NCBI GenBank assembly: GCA_004764695.1
Contig: SMSO01000025.1
Coordinates: forward strand, 1,240,001 to 1,304,000
Direction of reading: 5' to 3'
DNA from: Schizochytrium sp. TIO01
Taxonomy: Eukaryota > Protista > Bigyra: Labyrinthulomycetes
Length of the DNA stretch: 64,000 nucleotides
Positions 47,881 to 58,910 of this stretch are shown in pieces. Within the stretch, counting starts at the first letter, position 1; each line of letters begins with the position of its first letter. Both the position numbers and the translations under genes were made by a program. The notes beneath the pieces were generated by a model that was not told where the DNA came from, searched no databases, and saw only the letters and a list, made by a program, of their open reading frames with translations.

Positions 47881-49845
47881 ATGACTATTGAAATAGCTCC
47901 TGGTGCATCGATCTTATCTAATCATTCAACTGCAGCCTCATCAGCATACTCAAGTGCACAATCCTCAGTGAGCGGGAAATCAGAAAATTCAACAAGTGGA
48001 GATGTCCTTGGTAACCATGGTAAAGCAAAGGTCCGAGCTGCACGCATTACTCGCATAAAGTCGATCGTTCTGGCGTCTCTCAACGTAATCCTGCTAATCC
48101 TCACATACCACTTTCTCGTTGTTTCATTTGCGTTTCAGCTTGGCCACTATGACGAGACAGCCGAGAAATTGCTATCGATCACATTCATTGGCAATCACAC
48201 AATACATCCTGATGAAGACTTGGTCATGCTTCAGGTGTTTCGTAACGCAAGTGACACTGGCACATTTCTGTGGTTTAATTCCTCAAGCATTCGAGTCACA
48301 CAAGTAGACTCAGGCATGAGCCATTTCATTGGCGTCCATACCAAAGATGAGCTTGTGTTCTTATCTCCTCACGGATGCGAAGGAGTTAATGGGGGCATTG
48401 AGGGCATTCTAGCTCTCTATTGCTATGTGAATAGCACTACACAGGAGCCTGAAGACTGTCATGAGAGGTGTATCGAATCGAGCGACACATATGGAACGCA
48501 CATTTCAGAAATGGTCTACGAAGATAACTTTACTGTTACTGAACTTTACAAGACGATGAATAGTCTAGGATTTGGAGTGGTATCTGTTGAAGAACATCTT
48601 ACAAATGTTGAGCTTATAGATTTCGAGAATGAGACATATAGATTATCGCTAAACTTGGATAGTAAAAGTAGATCGAATGCTCAGGAGACCTATGATATAC
48701 CGTGGCAAGATATTCTACTCTACCTGATCATGGTAGATATCACCATCAATTTCTTTGGGAGGTTGATGACTGTTCCGGTACTAATAAGTGGAATCAAAAT
48801 CAGGAAAACAAAGGTACTTGTAAAAGCAGACCTTTCTGGTGGGATGTTTACTTCGCCAGGACGCAGTTTTGTTATGTTTCTGCTCGTTGTGGTTTTTGGA
48901 GCTCAAAACTACCTTTTTATAGATGCAGGTCATTATGATCATGACATTGTATCCCATTTCTGGACAACTGCAGCAGTTGCGTCAATGTCTTCCATTCTTC
49001 TAACTATCATGTTTTCAAGAACAGAGTTTCGTTTTTTCGTCTCTGGAACTATGCTTTTTTTAATTGCAGGCGTTGGACGAGCCATGACTTTGGAGACTAT
49101 AGAAAATAGAGCACAAACAGCAGTACGAGAAATTGGTCAAGTTCTGGAACGTGACTGTACATTGTTTTACTCAAACCACACCCCAATCAGCTCTGTGCGC
49201 TGCAACGTTGCCGAGGAAATCGGCATGTCCGGCCTTGAAATTTTGTACAGAGTACTATTTGAACCGGTGGTAGTTACCATACTTCTGGTTTTTGCCTTGG
49301 AAGTCTTCATTGTAGCTATGCTAGTAATGAGAAATATTGTCAAGGATTGCAAGAAATCTCGCCGTATTGCAGCATCTACTTTTACCCGGGGATCTTCGTA
49401 TGCATCATTGGGGTTATACAGCAACCGCGCGCATCGTACCAAGACATCAGCCCAGTCAACTATTCAAGGGGTCAGTGACTATGACAAGTGTGTCCTTTTG
49501 AGTAACATGGGCCATAGTATATTCAGTCGGACGTGGTCAAGCCCTATTATGACTATATTGGGAAAGTTTACTCATGCAAGTACTTCAATCGAGGATGATC
49601 TTGTGATGTACGGACCGCTTCTGGTTCGAATTAATTGGTTCCCTTACATGGCTTTCTTCGGAAAGTTATTTGGAAAAGAGAATGTTGTTAAATGGGTCAT
49701 CCAGCACAAGCTTTATATAGGCGTTCTCTGTGCGAACTCGAAATTGGCTTCATGTCGAGAAAATGGTCAAAAGATCACAAATTATATTACTGAGTATAAT
49801 TACAAGGAAATGCCAGATCTTTTGAATGGAGAACCTTTGCAATAG
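47881..49845 (+). CDS. Uncharacterised multi-pass membrane glycoprotein
   Basis: First ATG is at 47881 (654 aa). One TM helix is followed by a loop of about 190 aa with many N-x-S/T sequons, then about 5-6 more hydrophobic segments. No family was recognised. Confidence 0.75.
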   Translation: MTIEIAPGASILSNHSTAASSAYSSAQSSVSGKSENSTSGDVLGNHGKAKVRAARITRIKSIVLASLNVILLILTYHFLVVSFAFQLGHYDETAEKLLSITFIGNHTIHPDEDLVMLQVFRNASDTGTFLWFNSSSIRVTQVDSGMSHFIGVHTKDELVFLSPHGCEGVNGGIEGILALYCYVNSTTQEPEDCHERCIESSDTYGTHISEMVYEDNFTVTELYKTMNSLGFGVVSVEEHLTNVELIDFENETYRLSLNLDSKSRSNAQETYDIPWQDILLYLIMVDITINFFGRLMTVPVLISGIKIRKTKVLVKADLSGGMFTSPGRSFVMFLLVVVFGAQNYLFIDAGHYDHDIVSHFWTTAAVASMSSILLTIMFSRTEFRFFVSGTMLFLIAGVGRAMTLETIENRAQTAVREIGQVLERDCTLFYSNHTPISSVRCNVAEEIGMSGLEILYRVLFEPVVVTILLVFALEVFIVAMLVMRNIVKDCKKSRRIAASTFTRGSSYASLGLYSNRAHRTKTSAQSTIQGVSDYDKCVLLSNMGHSIFSRTWSSPIMTILGKFTHASTSIEDDLVMYGPLLVRINWFPYMAFFGKLFGKENVVKWVIQHKLYIGVLCANSKLASCRENGQKITNYITEYNYKEMPDLLNGEPLQ

Positions 49846-50725
49846 CATAGATGTACAATATTTGACTTACTTATTTGCTTTTTTTTTTGCTTTTTTTTCT
49901 TGAAAATCCTAAATCATGAGGAGCACCTTTTATTTCAATTCGTCTAGAATCTTAGTTTGCTTGTATCGAAGAAAGTGTTCTGAATCAGCATCACGTATTC
50001 CAGAAAAGGCCCGCAGAATCTGTCGTCTATTGCGTTTGCTAACGACGTTCGTCTTTCCAATACTAAGATATATAGAAATAGTATAAATGAAATGCGAAAA
50101 ATAAATGAAATCAGTAAAGCCATAGCTAAATAAATACCTGGGCTGGCATTCAATGCTAAGTCAGTAGTTTTCTGCAATATATGCTTTTCAGGGTGTCAAC
50201 CAGGGATTCCTAGGTAGCTTGCCATCACTGTGTGATACTCTAATTAAGATAGGTGTTTTATCGGGACAGATATTCTGTTAGACTATGCTATCTGGGTATA
50301 TTTTTTTGTTTATTTTTTCTTTAAATTCTCAAGTTTCAAACTTGACCTAAGAGTTGCTATTACAGTACAAACTATATTTTTCCGTTCGAGTTCTTGTGGT
50401 ACAGGTGTGCGCGGGGACACCTGCGAACGCAAGCCCCGCGCCATCACTCCGTGCACGTGCTGATCGTTTCTGAAGCTGTTATTAGCATTGAATATCTTTC
50501 TTCGCAATTAACGCGCAACTTTGGCTCGTTTTCAATAAAGATCCACACATAACTGTAAGGGGCGCCCTCATGCCACTTATGAGCTAAGGCGGCGGGAGCA
50601 AACGCTTTTGCAAGAAGTACTGCAAAATTTGCTAAGATTCTCGTGGCCAGGGTGGGGCTCACGAGGGAATCATAGTGCAGTAGTTTGAAGTTCAATTTGG
50701 GTCTGCCGCCGTTGACTACGGTAGA

Positions 50726-52825
50726 ATGGTCACGCGGAAGCGAGACGGAACTCGTACTGTCGGCTCTGATGAGGTGAACACGAAAGATGCCCTCGACCTT
50801 TGGGAGCAATCTGACCAGCTAGAGTCCTCTGAGACGGATGAATATGAACGAGAAGGCTGCATTGATACGGAAAAGGCTCAGGCAAGTCAACGATTGCCCC
50901 TCAATGGCGAGCTGCCTGGACAGAAAACCCTGAAGAAAAAACGCAAGAAGAAGCGTAAGACAACGAAAAAAAGCAAATCGTCGTTACTTGGGTTCGATAA
51001 TGACCTAATGCGAGCTATTTTAGCAGCCGCAGAGCAGCAGCAGCAACAGCGTATGCAGAATGCGTCAAACCAAAGGCTTAGCCTTAAGCGCAGCACAAGT
51101 ACAGGTAAATCTTTGAGCAAGACGAAGAATGCAGACTCCGAAAATTTGAACCAGTCAGGAGAAGGCCGAGACGACCCTCTGATAGAACGCCAGAGGATGC
51201 AAGAACATGTCGAAAAATGTCTTCAAAAAACAGAAATTCTTCGCGGGCGACTTGAAAGCTTAGACCTGAAGCAAAGAATGCTTGAGCAGCGTATCATTGA
51301 TGAAAAGAAAAGGAAGCAAATGATTGGTGGAGCTCGAGCAACTTTTGAGCAGAAAATCAAGATTGCCACAAGAACTAAGATGCTGAATGGAAAACTTGAT
51401 CGCCTTCTCAAGCGATGTGGGCAAGTGGAGACAAACAACGTATCTGCAAAAAGTGCTATTGACAAACTTCGCAAGGAACGACTAGCATTTGAGCAGATCC
51501 AACGAAAGCTACGTGCAGAATTTGAAATTAAACAGAAGGAGATGGCAGTTCTTTTGCAAAATTCGAACGAGTTAAATGCAAACCGCATTAAGGCAGAAAA
51601 GGAATTAGAGCGCCTGCTTCGTGAAGAAAAGACAGCAAAGCTTCAGGATGAGAACGAGGTGATGAGCCTAGAGGGCGTGATACGTAAGCAAGAAAGCTTA
51701 CAGACCGAGCTGCAAACTGCATCCCTGAAACGACGCGCGCATTTGATCCGTGAACAACTTGGGCGAGGTGCGTTAGACCCAGAGGAAGAAGCAAAATTAA
51801 AAGCTCGCTTGCAGTCGCTTACAGTGAAGATTGAGAAGAAGTCTCTGGAGATAGAGCATACTCAGCAAAATGCAATCTTTAATTATGAGGAAGCTTTCGA
51901 AAAAATCCTTAATGAAATGTCGCAAAGGGCTAAAAAACGCATGAACCTTAATGAGGTTGTTAATGACTATGTTTCTGACTATGATGAGGCATTTAGCCTT
52001 TTAAGTTACATTCAGGGTGTGCAGGATGAGAATTATAAAATAGAAGCCCAGATCATGAATTTAAAGGGTGAGATGGGAAGACTTGCTGCCGAGCAAGGCA
52101 AGGAGGATCGCAATAAAGAGCGTATCAAGAAAGAACTCCAAGGTCGACTTGAGCAATTACGCTCAAATACTAGCAAATTGCAAAATGGAATTCAAGATCA
52201 AGAGAAGGCCCGTGAAGAAGTTTATGCTATGGTCGAACGCCTTGTTGCTCGATTTAATGCAGCCGCAACAGCTGGCGAAGAACTCGAGATTCAAGGAGGT
52301 ACTGTTAATGATGACAACATCATGGGTGTGATGGGACGTATTGAACTAAAGACACTTGAGCTGAGCAAATCCTTGCAGCAAGCTATCCGATTGGGTACAT
52401 TTAGAGCTCCTCAGTTTAACAAAGCACAGCGTATGTCGGGAGCAAGCTTTCCCATGCTCATGCGTCAACAAACACTTCGCATGGCAAAGGTTCAGATGGG
52501 CCCAACTTCGCCCCTACGATCAACCCAAGAGAAGGCATTGAATGTGCAACCACTTTCGCCATCAAAGGTTACAGAATTATTTAATTTAAGCAAGAATCTA
52601 GCAGATTCTCCTGATAGCTCCGAAAGGGATGCTTCCTCGGAATGGAATCTTACTGCGACGCACACAAACACGAGTTTGAATCGAAACAAATCCTTAACAC
52701 CGTCGTTTGAAGATCCGGGGTCACCTTTCGCAGAGGGAATTCAAGTTACAACTATTCAATCTATAGAAGAATTGCGAGAGGTGATCAGAAAAACTTTTCC
52801 TATCATGAATGCAACTGCATTATGA
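50726..52825 (+). CDS. Outer dynein arm docking complex subunit, ODAD1/CCDC114/CCDC63 (DC2)-like
   Basis: Long coiled coil with family-like motifs IDKLRKERLAFEQIQRKL, NYEEAFEKI, FSLLSYIQGVQDENYKIEAQI and VNDDNIMGVMGRIE. Confidence 0.75.
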   Translation: MVTRKRDGTRTVGSDEVNTKDALDLWEQSDQLESSETDEYEREGCIDTEKAQASQRLPLNGELPGQKTLKKKRKKKRKTTKKSKSSLLGFDNDLMRAILAAAEQQQQQRMQNASNQRLSLKRSTSTGKSLSKTKNADSENLNQSGEGRDDPLIERQRMQEHVEKCLQKTEILRGRLESLDLKQRMLEQRIIDEKKRKQMIGGARATFEQKIKIATRTKMLNGKLDRLLKRCGQVETNNVSAKSAIDKLRKERLAFEQIQRKLRAEFEIKQKEMAVLLQNSNELNANRIKAEKELERLLREEKTAKLQDENEVMSLEGVIRKQESLQTELQTASLKRRAHLIREQLGRGALDPEEEAKLKARLQSLTVKIEKKSLEIEHTQQNAIFNYEEAFEKILNEMSQRAKKRMNLNEVVNDYVSDYDEAFSLLSYIQGVQDENYKIEAQIMNLKGEMGRLAAEQGKEDRNKERIKKELQGRLEQLRSNTSKLQNGIQDQEKAREEVYAMVERLVARFNAAATAGEELEIQGGTVNDDNIMGVMGRIELKTLELSKSLQQAIRLGTFRAPQFNKAQRMSGASFPMLMRQQTLRMAKVQMGPTSPLRSTQEKALNVQPLSPSKVTELFNLSKNLADSPDSSERDASSEWNLTATHTNTSLNRNKSLTPSFEDPGSPFAEGIQVTTIQSIEELREVIRKTFPIMNATAL

Positions 52826-53153
52826 TAGAGAGCCACGCTTAACTAATTTAGATTTATGGAATCTTCTGCCCATACTATCATTCATTATTTTAAAATCTGT
52901 TGCAGTACACTGGGTAAAACAATGTATGAATTAGCTGGTTGCGCGTATAATATACATGATTAAAGAATACGATGAGGTCAGTAACGATACCAAACGCTGT
53001 GTATCAGCTAGGCCTAAATTCACATATAGCTTCCGGTGAATATGTAAACATAATTCGTGATACGAAAACGACAGTTCTTATGACTCAAGTTTTGGATCCT
53101 AATCTATCTTTTCCGTCTTTGTTTCTCCTTTGATGCACTGAAGATCGTTGGAA

Positions 53154-54422
53154 TCATGATTGCTGAATAGCCACTTGAAATGCAGCTAATAATTTATTGA
53201 GCTCCTGAACGCGCCCTCGCAGATACTCATTTTCTGTTCTTAATCTTTGGCTTGTCTTCTCCTGCTGCTCAAGCTTTGACTCCATGGGCTTCACAACATT
53301 AGTCTTGTAAGTGGCTAACTCACGTTCACCGCGTGCACGAATCTCTTCACATTGAAGGTGCATCGTATTCAATCGCTGCTGCATTTGGTTAAGCTTCTGC
53401 AGATACTTTTGGTCTACCTGGCGTTGTGCTTTCTCCAGAAGTCCAGCCCAGTTATTGTCAGCGAGCTCCTTCTGAGCTCGTAGTTCTTGTGCGATGCGGC
53501 GCTTTTGTTTGCGCACAGTTTCTGTTTCCTGTTTTGCCGCAGAAATTGAGCTTTCAAGATCTTTCACCTTCTTGTGAAATCCACCATTGGAACGATCTTG
53601 CGTTTTCAAATCGGCTTCAAGAGAAGCAACCTTTGCTTCATAGTGGCTCTCTACCTCTAGTAATGTCGCCTTGTTAGAGGCTTGTAGCCTTTCTATCTCT
53701 GAAGATGCTTGGCTACGCACTACACGAGCGTAGTCTGCCATTTCTGAAGCAAATTTTTCTTCTCGAGCAGCATAATTCGAGCGCTCTGTACGAAGTTCGG
53801 CATCTAATTTGCATATGCGCTCCACGTATTCATCAATCAGAGCTTTCAGGCGCACCGGAGATACAATTTGGAGGCTATCAAGCTGTTTTCCAAGACCTGA
53901 TCGTGTCTCAATGGTGCTTGAAAGCACACGTTGCCCATCTTCCATACGGAGACCTTCTGCGTCTGCAACAAATTGAGAGTCAAGACTTCGAACTGGGCCA
54001 AATGTCTCGTCCCATTCGCGCATGCATGCCTCCAAGTACTGCGTACGGTCCTCGCGTTCTCCTAATACACGCTCAAGGTCCTCCACTTGCTCTTGAACCT
54101 CTCTTGCGAGCTCAAAAAGATATCGAGCAGCAAGGCTTTTGCAGTCATATTTGCCAGCGCACTTTTGTTGGTAAAACCAGCATGTTTCACGTAGAGTCTC
54201 CAGAGATGCACGACGTCGTGCTCGGAGTGAAATACCAATCCGTCCTGCTGGCAATCTATGCACAGGTTCTGGAATTGGAAAAAGTGATTTTTGCAGCTCC
54301 TTTTCATCCACACGTCGAGAGTCTACCCATCGTTTTTGGTGTGCCTCCATTTGCATTGCACTTGGTCGCGCAGATTCTGTTGCCGTGGCTGACGAACGGG
54401 CTTTGGACCTTAGGCGGGTCAT
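53154..54422 (-). CDS. Uncharacterised coiled-coil protein
   Basis: 422-aa ORF with an ATG start and an E/K/Q/R/L-rich heptad pattern over most of its length. Confidence 0.75.
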   Translation of the reverse strand: MTRLRSKARSSATATESARPSAMQMEAHQKRWVDSRRVDEKELQKSLFPIPEPVHRLPAGRIGISLRARRRASLETLRETCWFYQQKCAGKYDCKSLAARYLFELAREVQEQVEDLERVLGEREDRTQYLEACMREWDETFGPVRSLDSQFVADAEGLRMEDGQRVLSSTIETRSGLGKQLDSLQIVSPVRLKALIDEYVERICKLDAELRTERSNYAAREEKFASEMADYARVVRSQASSEIERLQASNKATLLEVESHYEAKVASLEADLKTQDRSNGGFHKKVKDLESSISAAKQETETVRKQKRRIAQELRAQKELADNNWAGLLEKAQRQVDQKYLQKLNQMQQRLNTMHLQCEEIRARGERELATYKTNVVKPMESKLEQQEKTSQRLRTENEYLRGRVQELNKLLAAFQVAIQQS

Positions 54423-55207
54423 CTTGAAGTGATCTCAATCGATCAATGGCGATTTAGTTGGCTGCTGGAAGAGGTGAAGAGGTCTCTAAGGGACAAACTG
54501 CCACGATGAGAGAACAAAGTATTGTGCAGATCTTGTACAATAAGAATCGGACTTCAAAGATGAGATCGATTGTAGGGTTGAACAATTCGTTTGAGCACCA
54601 AGCAGTCAATTGAATTCATTCATAAATAAAACTAGGAAAAATTGAAAACCGTTGCTACTTTTTTAAAAGATCAGGCATAGGAGTTAGCTAAGTAAAACTA
54701 AAACTGACTGAATGCATGTTTGTTGATTTTTTTTCATTTTAGTTTTTAAATAGAAACAAAACAAAAATTCAACGCAAAATAGGACCGAGTGACAGATCGG
54801 TTCTGGGGAAATCGGCCTACCAAGAATATAATGTTAAAGCACGTGTTGAACCGTCAACTTCATTAGAATAATTCGAGCTGTTATAAGATAGCTGATATTT
54901 CTCACAAACTGTCTTCTTACGAGCACAATTCCCTTCTGGGTTTCGCCTTGCCCACTGATTTGGTCTTACAATTCCCTGGAGTGTATTCTAATAATACATA
55001 ACGTGCCCAAACAAGCTCATGCCTATTTCAAAACTATGTTTCATTTCTTTTGCAGTCGTGTGATTTAATTCGAATACTACTTCGACTGGAACATAAAGAT
55101 TTTACAGTAGAAGAAAAAAATTAATACAAACTTTGTTTGGTTTAGTTAGGAAGCTTATTGATGTGCCATAAATGTTGTTGTATACTTTTTGCTTGTCTTA
55201 TTCTGAT

Positions 55208-57340
55208 TTAGTCTGAAGAAAAGCTGGAAAGATGACTCTGCAGACGAGCAATCAAAGCGTCCTTTTCGTAAATTTGCTTTTTAAGTTGCTCGACTATTTG
55301 ACGGCAACGTTTATTGGAGCATCCATGCGAAGTGTGAGATGGACTGTCAAACGAAGTACCGTTTGTGCTGCTGAAGCTACTTTTTGACTCGACTCGCTGA
55401 TCAGAGATACGGTCTTCATTGGTCGACGAGAAATCAGATCCGATACTGCAAATTTCGATGGCGTCTTGTGCTATTTCTGATACAGATGCATGTACATCAT
55501 GTGAGAGTTCCTCCCATGCGGAGGATGTTTCAACAGGAATTTCCTCAGCTTCGATGGTGTCTTGAATTGGGCTCATTGGGCCGACCAAAATTTTGTCGTC
55601 CTCGGCTGGGCTTTGGAGCTCAGTAGATAGAAAAGAATCGCCTTCAAGGCGCTCCTGGGCATCAATACCTTGATGATCATCATGAACAGCTGCATCATAA
55701 TTGTTCCCTGTCCGATTTCTGGTTTGTTCACAGCTAGGTGAAACATTTTCATTCAACGTCTCATTGACTTCTAATTTAGGTGGTGGAAGTCGTTTTTGTA
55801 GACATTCACTGCCTGAACTCTCGCTATCGTCATTGTCATTCCCATTGTTATTATCATAATCACTTCCACTACTGTCGTCATCATCATCCAAAGTATCCAG
55901 ATAGGCCGTAACAACACGGCGTCTTTCAAGGCTTGATGTGCGTTGAAACGGTGGAACTCGGGGTGGACCATTGAAAGATTTCAAGGGTGAAGCTGGCAAC
56001 TCGTCATGACCTGAGTCAATGTCTTCACAACTTGACTCCTCATCGTCATCGTCGCTGGCTTGAAAACTTTCCATTTTCGATGTATCCAGGATAGAATTAC
56101 TGAGTAATCCGTTGCTATCCTGTCCATCAGGACTGGTTGAAATACCCTGTACTTCCCGTGTTAGCTCATCAATTTCCTGGGTCAGGATTCGCAATTCGCT
56201 ATCACGGCTACTGAATTGTTGTTGACGTAGTCCAGTGGAGAAGCTTTTTAGAGGGGTTGTCAACTTGTTATCTGAGACATCCTCCTCATTGCAATCTTCC
56301 TCATTGCTGCCATTTGTCGCATATACAGGTTTGTCACGAGGGGTGGTAGGTGTATCAACTTTGAAATTTGCTGGCTCGCTATTGTGCTGCAGGCCGTCAC
56401 GCAAGGTATCCATTTGTTCATGACAGTCGCGTAAAAACGAATGGTTCATACAATGGGCAGCAGACGGTCGTGCATGGGGGTCCAGCTGTAGCATATCAGT
56501 GATTAAGTTTACACAACTTTGCAAAGAATCTGATCGCCCATCACCGCCAAGGCCTTCATATTCAGCAATAAGGCTTGGTGCAAGAGGTTTTGTTGCTCGG
56601 GATGATGGCAACTGTAGGTGTTGTTGCAGAAGCATTGTAGAACCTTGCGGCCAAGACTTGGAAGTAATAGGACCAATACAACTGGTAATCCTTAGCATGT
56701 GTTCTAGCCGATCTTGAGCAGGAAATAAAGGTGTTAAGGTCAAACATTCAGCTATCACACAGGCTGCGGCCCAAATATCTACTGGAGAATTATAGACGCT
56801 AGCACGGAGAACAAGCTCTGGTGCTCGATACCATTTCGTAGAAACATAAGATGTGAAAGGTGGGCGTGACCTGACGTCTCGTGCAAGTCCGAAGTCACAA
56901 ACCTGAATGCCGTCATGAAAATCCATAAGAAGGTTCTCAGGCTTGATATCACGATGAAAAAAACCATATCGATGCATATATGCTAGAGCTGAGACTAGCT
57001 GATAAGCCCACCGAGCAATAACATCTAAAGTCACAAACCGACCAGCTTGCCGAACCTCCTTAAGACGCTGGTGCAAGTTGATTGGGTGGTAATCAAAGAC
57101 AAGATAAAGCTTTTTGTTTTCGCGCACAATCTGCCGAAGAACTACAATGTTTGTGTGTTTTGAGCCAAGCTGCCGTAATGCTCGAACCTCACGAAGTTTC
57201 AAACACTCGTCCCACGTCTCATATCTTCGGTTGGAAATTACTTTTACAGCAACGCGGTCTCCAGATGCGCGTTCAATGCACTCTGTTACCTCGCCAAATG
57301 CGCCTTGTCCAAGGTGGCGGATTACATCGTATTTGTCCAT
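55208..57340 (-). CDS. MAK/ICK(CILK1)-like RCK-family Ser/Thr kinase with an acidic tail and terminal coiled coil
   Basis: LGQGAFGEV, VAVK, TWDECLKLREVRAL, FFHRDIKPENLL and DFGLARDVRSRPPFTSYVSTKWYRAPE. Confidence 0.9.
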   Translation of the reverse strand: MDKYDVIRHLGQGAFGEVTECIERASGDRVAVKVISNRRYETWDECLKLREVRALRQLGSKHTNIVVLRQIVRENKKLYLVFDYHPINLHQRLKEVRQAGRFVTLDVIARWAYQLVSALAYMHRYGFFHRDIKPENLLMDFHDGIQVCDFGLARDVRSRPPFTSYVSTKWYRAPELVLRASVYNSPVDIWAAACVIAECLTLTPLFPAQDRLEHMLRITSCIGPITSKSWPQGSTMLLQQHLQLPSSRATKPLAPSLIAEYEGLGGDGRSDSLQSCVNLITDMLQLDPHARPSAAHCMNHSFLRDCHEQMDTLRDGLQHNSEPANFKVDTPTTPRDKPVYATNGSNEEDCNEEDVSDNKLTTPLKSFSTGLRQQQFSSRDSELRILTQEIDELTREVQGISTSPDGQDSNGLLSNSILDTSKMESFQASDDDDEESSCEDIDSGHDELPASPLKSFNGPPRVPPFQRTSSLERRRVVTAYLDTLDDDDDSSGSDYDNNNGNDNDDSESSGSECLQKRLPPPKLEVNETLNENVSPSCEQTRNRTGNNYDAAVHDDHQGIDAQERLEGDSFLSTELQSPAEDDKILVGPMSPIQDTIEAEEIPVETSSAWEELSHDVHASVSEIAQDAIEICSIGSDFSSTNEDRISDQRVESKSSFSSTNGTSFDSPSHTSHGCSNKRCRQIVEQLKKQIYEKDALIARLQSHLSSFSSD

Positions 57341-58070
57341 TCTATCTCAGCACAACAGAAGATCCAATCGCTTATAAAGTAATCCAGTTCTTGAAGAGCC
57401 TGCGCCAAGCAAGCTCCTACCGCAAGATTCACTACGTCGTCACAGTGAATATGTAATCCAAAGTTGCAAATCGTTCTCAGGCTTCTATTTCTTCCTCTCG
57501 TGTCGCAATTACTATGATGGTCGCTGCTACCAAACCTATGATCTAACACTGCAACGCAGCGTTAGAGCAGCAACGCCAACGCGGTTGCCTCAGGCTTCGC
57601 CGTGGAGCCAAGGCTTGCAAAAGGCTTTGCGGCATCATTCTGTGCCTTCACTGGACTAATCGCATGTAGGATACTTAACACTTATATACCCAAAAGCAAG
57701 CATGTGCCAAACAAGACACCACAAATACACGACCATCTTGATGCTGAGTGTGGCGTACACACCTCGTTTAACGGTCCTTTGTAGGGTGACCTTAGACATT
57801 TTACCTATTTACCCTTGCTTATTTCCTTCCCTCTTTTTTATGTTAGTTGTCAACCAGTCTCGTGCCTTCTCCTAAAGCACTAATAACACTCAGGGATAGA
57901 TGCACTACACGGAGGGCTATACGAAAGGGAACTTGATTCATAGTGCAAATTCGCCAAGACCAGGAACAAGTTGCAAATGTCTAAACTAGGTGAACAGGGA
58001 AGAAATTCTTTCAAATACAGGCAGGACAAACAGTGCAGCAGCAAGGAAGGCTGCGAATAGTGCAAGAATC

Positions 58071-58703
58071 ATGAGCAAGCGCGAGTACCTGCACCCTCGA
58101 TATATGCGAGACGAAATTGATAAACTTCTCGCAGAGTCCCGAGAGCTTGGGTTGAAAGCGAAGGATCGAAGAGATACGCTCTGTGAGCTCCAACAAAAGC
58201 GCGCTGATATTGCGAAGCAAACGCAGAGAGCAAACCTCGAGCTAATGCAGCTAGTCTCTATCCTTCGCCAGCTAGCCAAAGAGCGCAAAGACAAGGAAAG
58301 CTCATCGCAGAATATTAAACCTTCAAGTCACCAAAATATTGTTTCCAATACCACTTCAAATATTCCTCATATTAAGAGTACAGAGTCAAAAGCTGCAACC
58401 TCATTGGATGCTCGCACCTCCTCTCCATCAAAGTCTGACGAAAAGACGCCACCAGTGATCTGTATATCTGAGATTGACGCAAACCTTCAGATTATGTTCG
58501 ACAGATTATTAAGACCTGAAACCTTATCTCCATCCAAGAGACGTCCAACAACGCCCAAGGCTCCGAAAGAACAAGGATTATTATTGCGCCAGTCTTCAAG
58601 CAGGTCCAACAGGGCCGGGTATGATAAGCTTTTGGATAAACCTCTTAATGAAGGGTCATTAGCTCTCTTCCGAAAGCAACGACAGCGAGAGAAGCAAGTA
58701 TGA
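58071..58703 (+). CDS. Small protein with an N-terminal coiled coil and a basic Ser-rich tail
   Basis: The open frame runs 57990-58703 and the first ATG is at 58071. The coiled-coil-like segment is DEIDKLLAESRELGLK...LRQLAKERKD. The start and any upstream exon are uncertain. Confidence 0.6.
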   Translation: MSKREYLHPRYMRDEIDKLLAESRELGLKAKDRRDTLCELQQKRADIAKQTQRANLELMQLVSILRQLAKERKDKESSSQNIKPSSHQNIVSNTTSNIPHIKSTESKAATSLDARTSSPSKSDEKTPPVICISEIDANLQIMFDRLLRPETLSPSKRRPTTPKAPKEQGLLLRQSSSRSNRAGYDKLLDKPLNEGSLALFRKQRQREKQV

Positions 58704-58910
58704 GATACAAAATTTGAGAGAGAGTGAATACGTCTGAATTAATCTAAATGTTTATGGTAAAATATTATCTAATTACGAACAAAATGGCTATAAATTCAAA
58801 TGGAGTGTTGCAAGTTGCATTAAAAGGAACAGATTATCTGTTCAATTTTTGAAACTTCGCAAAGATTAGAATCATTTAAAGTCTAGTAGATTCATTCATT
58901 CTTGAGCGTC

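Noticed and set aside
53705-54427. 240-aa plus-strand ORF
   Set aside because: It is antisense to the more convincing 422-aa coiled-coil CDS.
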